Assembly: GCA_004298325.1 (NCBI GenBank)
Contig: SCUF01000253.1
Location: 6,762 to 70,761 of the forward strand
From: Betaproteobacteria bacterium
Lineage (GTDB): Bacteria > Pseudomonadota > Gammaproteobacteria > Burkholderiales > SG8-39
Reading direction: 5' to 3'
DNA: 64,000 bases
In this document: positions 60,740-64,000 of the stretch, one piece after another
How the letters are laid out: each line of letters opens with the position of its first letter
How positions within the stretch are numbered: position 1 is the first letter of the stretch
The notes under the pieces: generated by a model
Databases searched by the model: none
Seen by the model: the letters and a program-made list of their open reading frames with translations, nothing else
What the model was told of the DNA's origin: nothing
Position numbers and translations under genes: made by a program

Positions 60740-62139
60740 CAGCTAAAACACCATTGCACAAAATCGTCGAGACCTCGAATCACAGGGTCCGGATTCTTGA
60801 GGTTAACCCCACCTTGGGGCCAAACAAAGAATATTCGCTCTATTGTTGCACCGTCTTTCCCGGCGGCCATTACTTCATCGCAAAGTAGCGATAGTCCGCC
60901 GCGTTTACCGATCGCAGACAACGCTTTCTCGAAGCCGTGCCTATCGAGTTTTGCATCCGTAGGCCAAAGATCACATTTGGTCACAATAAGGCAACATCGA
61001 GGCCGGAGATGACGCGGAAGTGCTTTCACATGAGTCAAACGATTCCACGCTACGTTCAAGCTAAGTCTCTCCGCAGCGTCTGGCGCGAGGTCCGTCGCCT
61101 GTAGGAGGATGGCGATGACGTCAACAGTCGTGTCCAGCTGTTCGAGTAATTCGCTGTGCGCCACCTCGGCTGCCTCACCAGCCACGTCATAGAGTACTAG
61201 CGTACGGTATTGGTTCAGTTTTGTGAGGTTTGAGTGCGGCTGGAACGCTGTAGGCACGTCATCATCACCACCCTTTCGCAGAGCCTCAGCCAGCTCCCTA
61301 ACTAGGTCGCGCCCGTGTGCCCATAACGACCGCGTGGACTCAACCTTCTTAGGAAGTGCCTCCTCACTCTTCGGTGCTTCCGGCGGTTGAATATCTTTGG
61401 GAGTCGCTTCCGGTGGAAAGAACGCTGCTTTCAAGTTCCGGCGAGGTGTGCTGGGGGTGAGCCACGTCGTGAAGAGCTGATTCAGGCGCATCAGCTCACG
61501 GAGCCTTAGTGTGCGAAGAAATTCACTAGCATTTGCTTGAACTGCCGCCCCTTCAGCAGGGTAGCAGTATATGAAGTCTTCGATGGGTCGGAGGTCGCGT
61601 GAAAAACCCTTCTGATCCAACGCATGCAATGCAAAAAAGGTCTTTCCCACCCCTTTTGCGCCAGTGAAATTGACAACGACCGACCGTGAAGGACTCCCTA
61701 AGCGTCGACCGTGCAGTAGTAAGGCCGACGGGAACCACATTTCTTGTGGAGCTGGACCGTCACCAACTTGCTTTTGCAACTTTCGCAGCGCCGTTATTTC
61801 CCAATGACTCACTCGAACCGAGCGAATGACTTTATCTTTGGGATCTTCTGTAGAGAATTGCTCAGGTACATCTAACTTGGGCGGTGCGTTCTTTGAGATT
61901 ACAACAAATGGATTCTTCCCATATTCGCAATTCACATGTCGATATAGCAACCCTTTGCCACCTATAAATTCAAAGCTATTACAGCGATCACCGCAAAGGA
62001 GGCTGCCATCACTCATCGATTGCGTGAAGCTTACAATCGCGGAGTTCTTCGGATGCTGAGGACAGAACCGCTCCAACTTATCCTCTTCGCCTAGAACTAT
62101 GAGGCAGAGGGGGCAGCGATACACGGTTTCAGTGTCCAT
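60739..62139 (-). CDS. Zn-ribbon + P-loop GTPase-like protein (466 aa)
   Basis: N-terminus CPLC...CPQH and further Cys pairs. GAKGVGKT (G1/Walker A), LYDVAGE (G3), VTKCD (G4, [NT]KxD). Confidence 0.8.
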   Translation of the reverse strand: MDTETVYRCPLCLIVLGEEDKLERFCPQHPKNSAIVSFTQSMSDGSLLCGDRCNSFEFIGGKGLLYRHVNCEYGKNPFVVISKNAPPKLDVPEQFSTEDPKDKVIRSVRVSHWEITALRKLQKQVGDGPAPQEMWFPSALLLHGRRLGSPSRSVVVNFTGAKGVGKTFFALHALDQKGFSRDLRPIEDFIYCYPAEGAAVQANASEFLRTLRLRELMRLNQLFTTWLTPSTPRRNLKAAFFPPEATPKDIQPPEAPKSEEALPKKVESTRSLWAHGRDLVRELAEALRKGGDDDVPTAFQPHSNLTKLNQYRTLVLYDVAGEAAEVAHSELLEQLDTTVDVIAILLQATDLAPDAAERLSLNVAWNRLTHVKALPRHLRPRCCLIVTKCDLWPTDAKLDRHGFEKALSAIGKRGGLSLLCDEVMAAGKDGATIERIFFVWPQGGVNLKNPDPVIRGLDDFVQWCFS

Positions 62140-62876
62140 TCAAGCTCCCGGCGTTCTTGTACTCACCTTGGCCTCACAGGGCAAGCAAGAGGCGTACTCA
62201 CTGATTTGTCGAGCGCTCATGCCCCTGCATGAAGAGCATCACCAGTGGCTCCACCTGTTCCGACGCAGGCGCGAGCATACTTTCTTCGAGAAACAGTAGA
62301 TCTCATCTTCGCCCTCCGCCTTGCGCAAACGACTGCATGGCCAGGGCTTGGATGTTGCGCGAGTGGTCTGGTACGAGTGGATTTGCACACATTGCTACGG
62401 GGACGAAGGCAGGTTGTGCCGAATCGCAGAGCAGTGACTTGCTGGAGCGGTTGTAGCGATTAGCAGCGAAGTAGCTACTGCTTTCTTGCGGCTCGAGCGG
62501 TTTGCCAAGTGACTAGATCCGTGTCCAGTCGAATGACGTGACAAGGAGCATAAAGAGCTACCAAACGAGCGGCCCGAGTTACTCCTTGTCCTACTTAAGG
62601 GGCTGCTTCCCCCTTCTACAGCCCTACCCAACGCCCCATGTGGCGCAGCCCCAAACAGCCATCGGTACGAGCCAGCTGACATTGCCCCCCCCGGATGCAA
62701 CGTACCCTATCATAGCCCTCAATACAGGTTCGGGTCGCAAATGCGGCTTTCTCATTTTGGGGAAGGGTCAAGTTGTTCTGTTGAAGGGTTTGACCTGCCC
62801 AGGCTCGCAGGACCAATCGTAAGTTGAGAGAATGGCTCCCGTAGCACAATAATTCGCAACCTGTTGGGATGGCCGC

Positions 62877-63074
62877 ATGAAACATTCAATTATCGTGCCG
62901 CTGCTTCTGTTGACGGGATGTACATCAACGCCGACGCGGCCGTCAGAAGCCGACGCGCATCTCACTACCGAGTTCGGCCAATGCCGACCCGAAATTGCCG
63001 TGCCACCGCCGGCTAAGAATGCGGATTCTGGGCTGGATTGCAATATTCGGGGAGAGGCACACCGTGAACGGTAA
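62877..63074 (+). CDS. small lipoprotein candidate (65 aa)
   Basis: MKHSIIVPLLLLTGCTS (lipobox LLTGC). Confidence 0.4.
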   Translation: MKHSIIVPLLLLTGCTSTPTRPSEADAHLTTEFGQCRPEIAVPPPAKNADSGLDCNIRGEAHRER

Positions 63075-63468
63075 GCCGAAGCACCTGAACGAGGCACTGG
63101 TACGCAGCCTTCCCGACCAAGGTCCGGTCACAATGGTGAACCTCGTTCGCTTCCGCAGGCGCTCTGCAGACGGCACCGGCACGGGATGGGATGCCTATTT
63201 GCGCTACAGCACAGCGACGATGCCGCTCATAAAGGCGCGGGGCGGCACGGTACTGTGGGCAGGGAATGCGGAAGGTCTCGCATTTGGTAACGGCGCCAAC
63301 AACCGCTGGGACTATGTTGTCCTGGTCCGATACCCGTCCCGAAGCGCGTTCCTGGACATGATGACTTCCCCGGAGTACGCAACGGCCAACATCGACCGGG
63401 AAAACGCGGTTGACGACCACGTCATCATCGCAGCCACTGAGACCTACTCGAAGTTCAAGTCCAGCTGA
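63064..63468 (+). CDS. DUF1330-like protein
   Basis: GTG at 63064 in track frame 62995..63468. ...VTMVNLVRFR...GGTVLWAG...WDYVVLVRYPSRSAFLDMMTSPEYATANIDRENAV. Confidence 0.6.
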   Translation: MNGKPKHLNEALVRSLPDQGPVTMVNLVRFRRRSADGTGTGWDAYLRYSTATMPLIKARGGTVLWAGNAEGLAFGNGANNRWDYVVLVRYPSRSAFLDMMTSPEYATANIDRENAVDDHVIIAATETYSKFKSS

Positions 63469-63721
63469 TTGGCAACCGCTTCCGGCAAGTCCCGTAGACG
63501 CCAGCTGTCCCGGTAGCGGTCATTCAGACCGGGAGTTCGTAAAGTCCGGTTGCAGGATTATCAGTACCGAGGTCACATGCCCGCGGAACGGTGCAGCACG
63601 AGGTTTGTGTTTGGTCGAAGTACAGCGACGAAGGTATGCCGACTGAGCCCCGACTTTAGTCGGTACACGCCCATACGTTCGTCAGCTTGCCCGGGTCGGT
63701 TACCGGTGTTTCACTGCCGCC

Positions 63722-63952
63722 ATGCCTCGCATTCGCATGGAAAGCATCGAAGCCGAAGACATCGATCCTTCCACGATGTCCGTTCTGAAACTGCAGGTCA
63801 CGCCAGCGATAGCCGGCAACGGCGATACCGACTGGTTGTGCGGAGACTGCAACGAGACGCTGCTCTACGGGGTCGACGGCGCGGCGAACGCCAGCATTGT
63901 TTTCCGATGCCCGCACTGTTTCAGGTTCAGTCGATTCCGCCGGACTGATTAG
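63722..63952 (+). CDS. small CxxC...CxxC protein (76 aa)
   Basis: ORF track; CGDC...CPHC. Confidence 0.3.
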   Translation: MPRIRMESIEAEDIDPSTMSVLKLQVTPAIAGNGDTDWLCGDCNETLLYGVDGAANASIVFRCPHCFRFSRFRRTD

Positions 63953-64000
63953 AGGTTACTGGCAGCCTCTGCGTCGCCGGGCTTTAGAGCCAAGCAGACC

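Noticed and set aside
62140-62876. Several 70-110-aa ORFs on both strands upstream of the GTPase operon
   Set aside because: They overlap one another and lack motifs and convincing starts. The region more likely holds the operon promoter and the island boundary.

Overview
All calls come from reading the sequence and the ORF track by eye. No BLAST, HMM or folding was run, so family names are motif-based inferences and many start codons are my own choices.

The window has two parts.

(1) 1 to ~36.2 kb: most of a high-GC, lambda-like siphovirus prophage. The window starts inside it, and no integrase or att site is visible.
- Leftward early operon: ParB-like protein, dNMP-kinase-like protein and many small ORFs.
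- CI-like / Cro-like / CII-like switch with four copies of a 10-bp operator core.
- VirE-type replication NTPase, followed by an iteron/inverted-repeat candidate origin.
- Packaging and head: TerS, TerL (GpA type), gpW, lambda-type portal, four unknown ORFs (one carries ~9 tandem 21-aa repeats), S49 protease, scaffold, decoration-like protein and a Mu gpT-like capsid.
- Tail: connectors, tail tube, a G/GT chaperone with an A_AAT_TTT -1 slippery site, gpZ-like protein, tape measure, a tip module with an NlpC/P60-like peptidase and a J-like protein, and two fibre genes.
- Lysis cassette: Amidase_2 endolysin plus i- and o-spanin.

(2) ~36.2 to ~62.9 kb: an accessory island that looks lower in GC and is stacked with conflict-type genes.
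- A DUF3990-like two-gene module, a DUF5681 protein and a DUF2971 protein.
- A seven-gene co-directional cluster at 40265-52965: PUA/EVE-like + DUF3883 nuclease, C5 DNA methyltransferase, EndoIII-family FeS glycosylase, a membrane-anchored charged-repeat protein, a 315-aa protein, an 1854-aa DEAH helicase with a DUF1998-type Zn module, and a Cas4-like nuclease. This resembles Druantia type II or DISARM.
- Convergent to it, a translationally coupled three-gene operon at 62139-53019: a Zn-ribbon GTPase, an 891-aa helical protein, and a 1682-aa fusion of a SEDS (RodA/FtsW-like) membrane domain to a class-B-PBP-like transpeptidase. I cannot assign this operon to any described system, and I consider it the best candidate for something new.

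From ~62.9 to 64 kb the sequence looks like host flank (small lipoprotein, DUF1330).

I recognised no rRNA, tRNA or CRISPR array.
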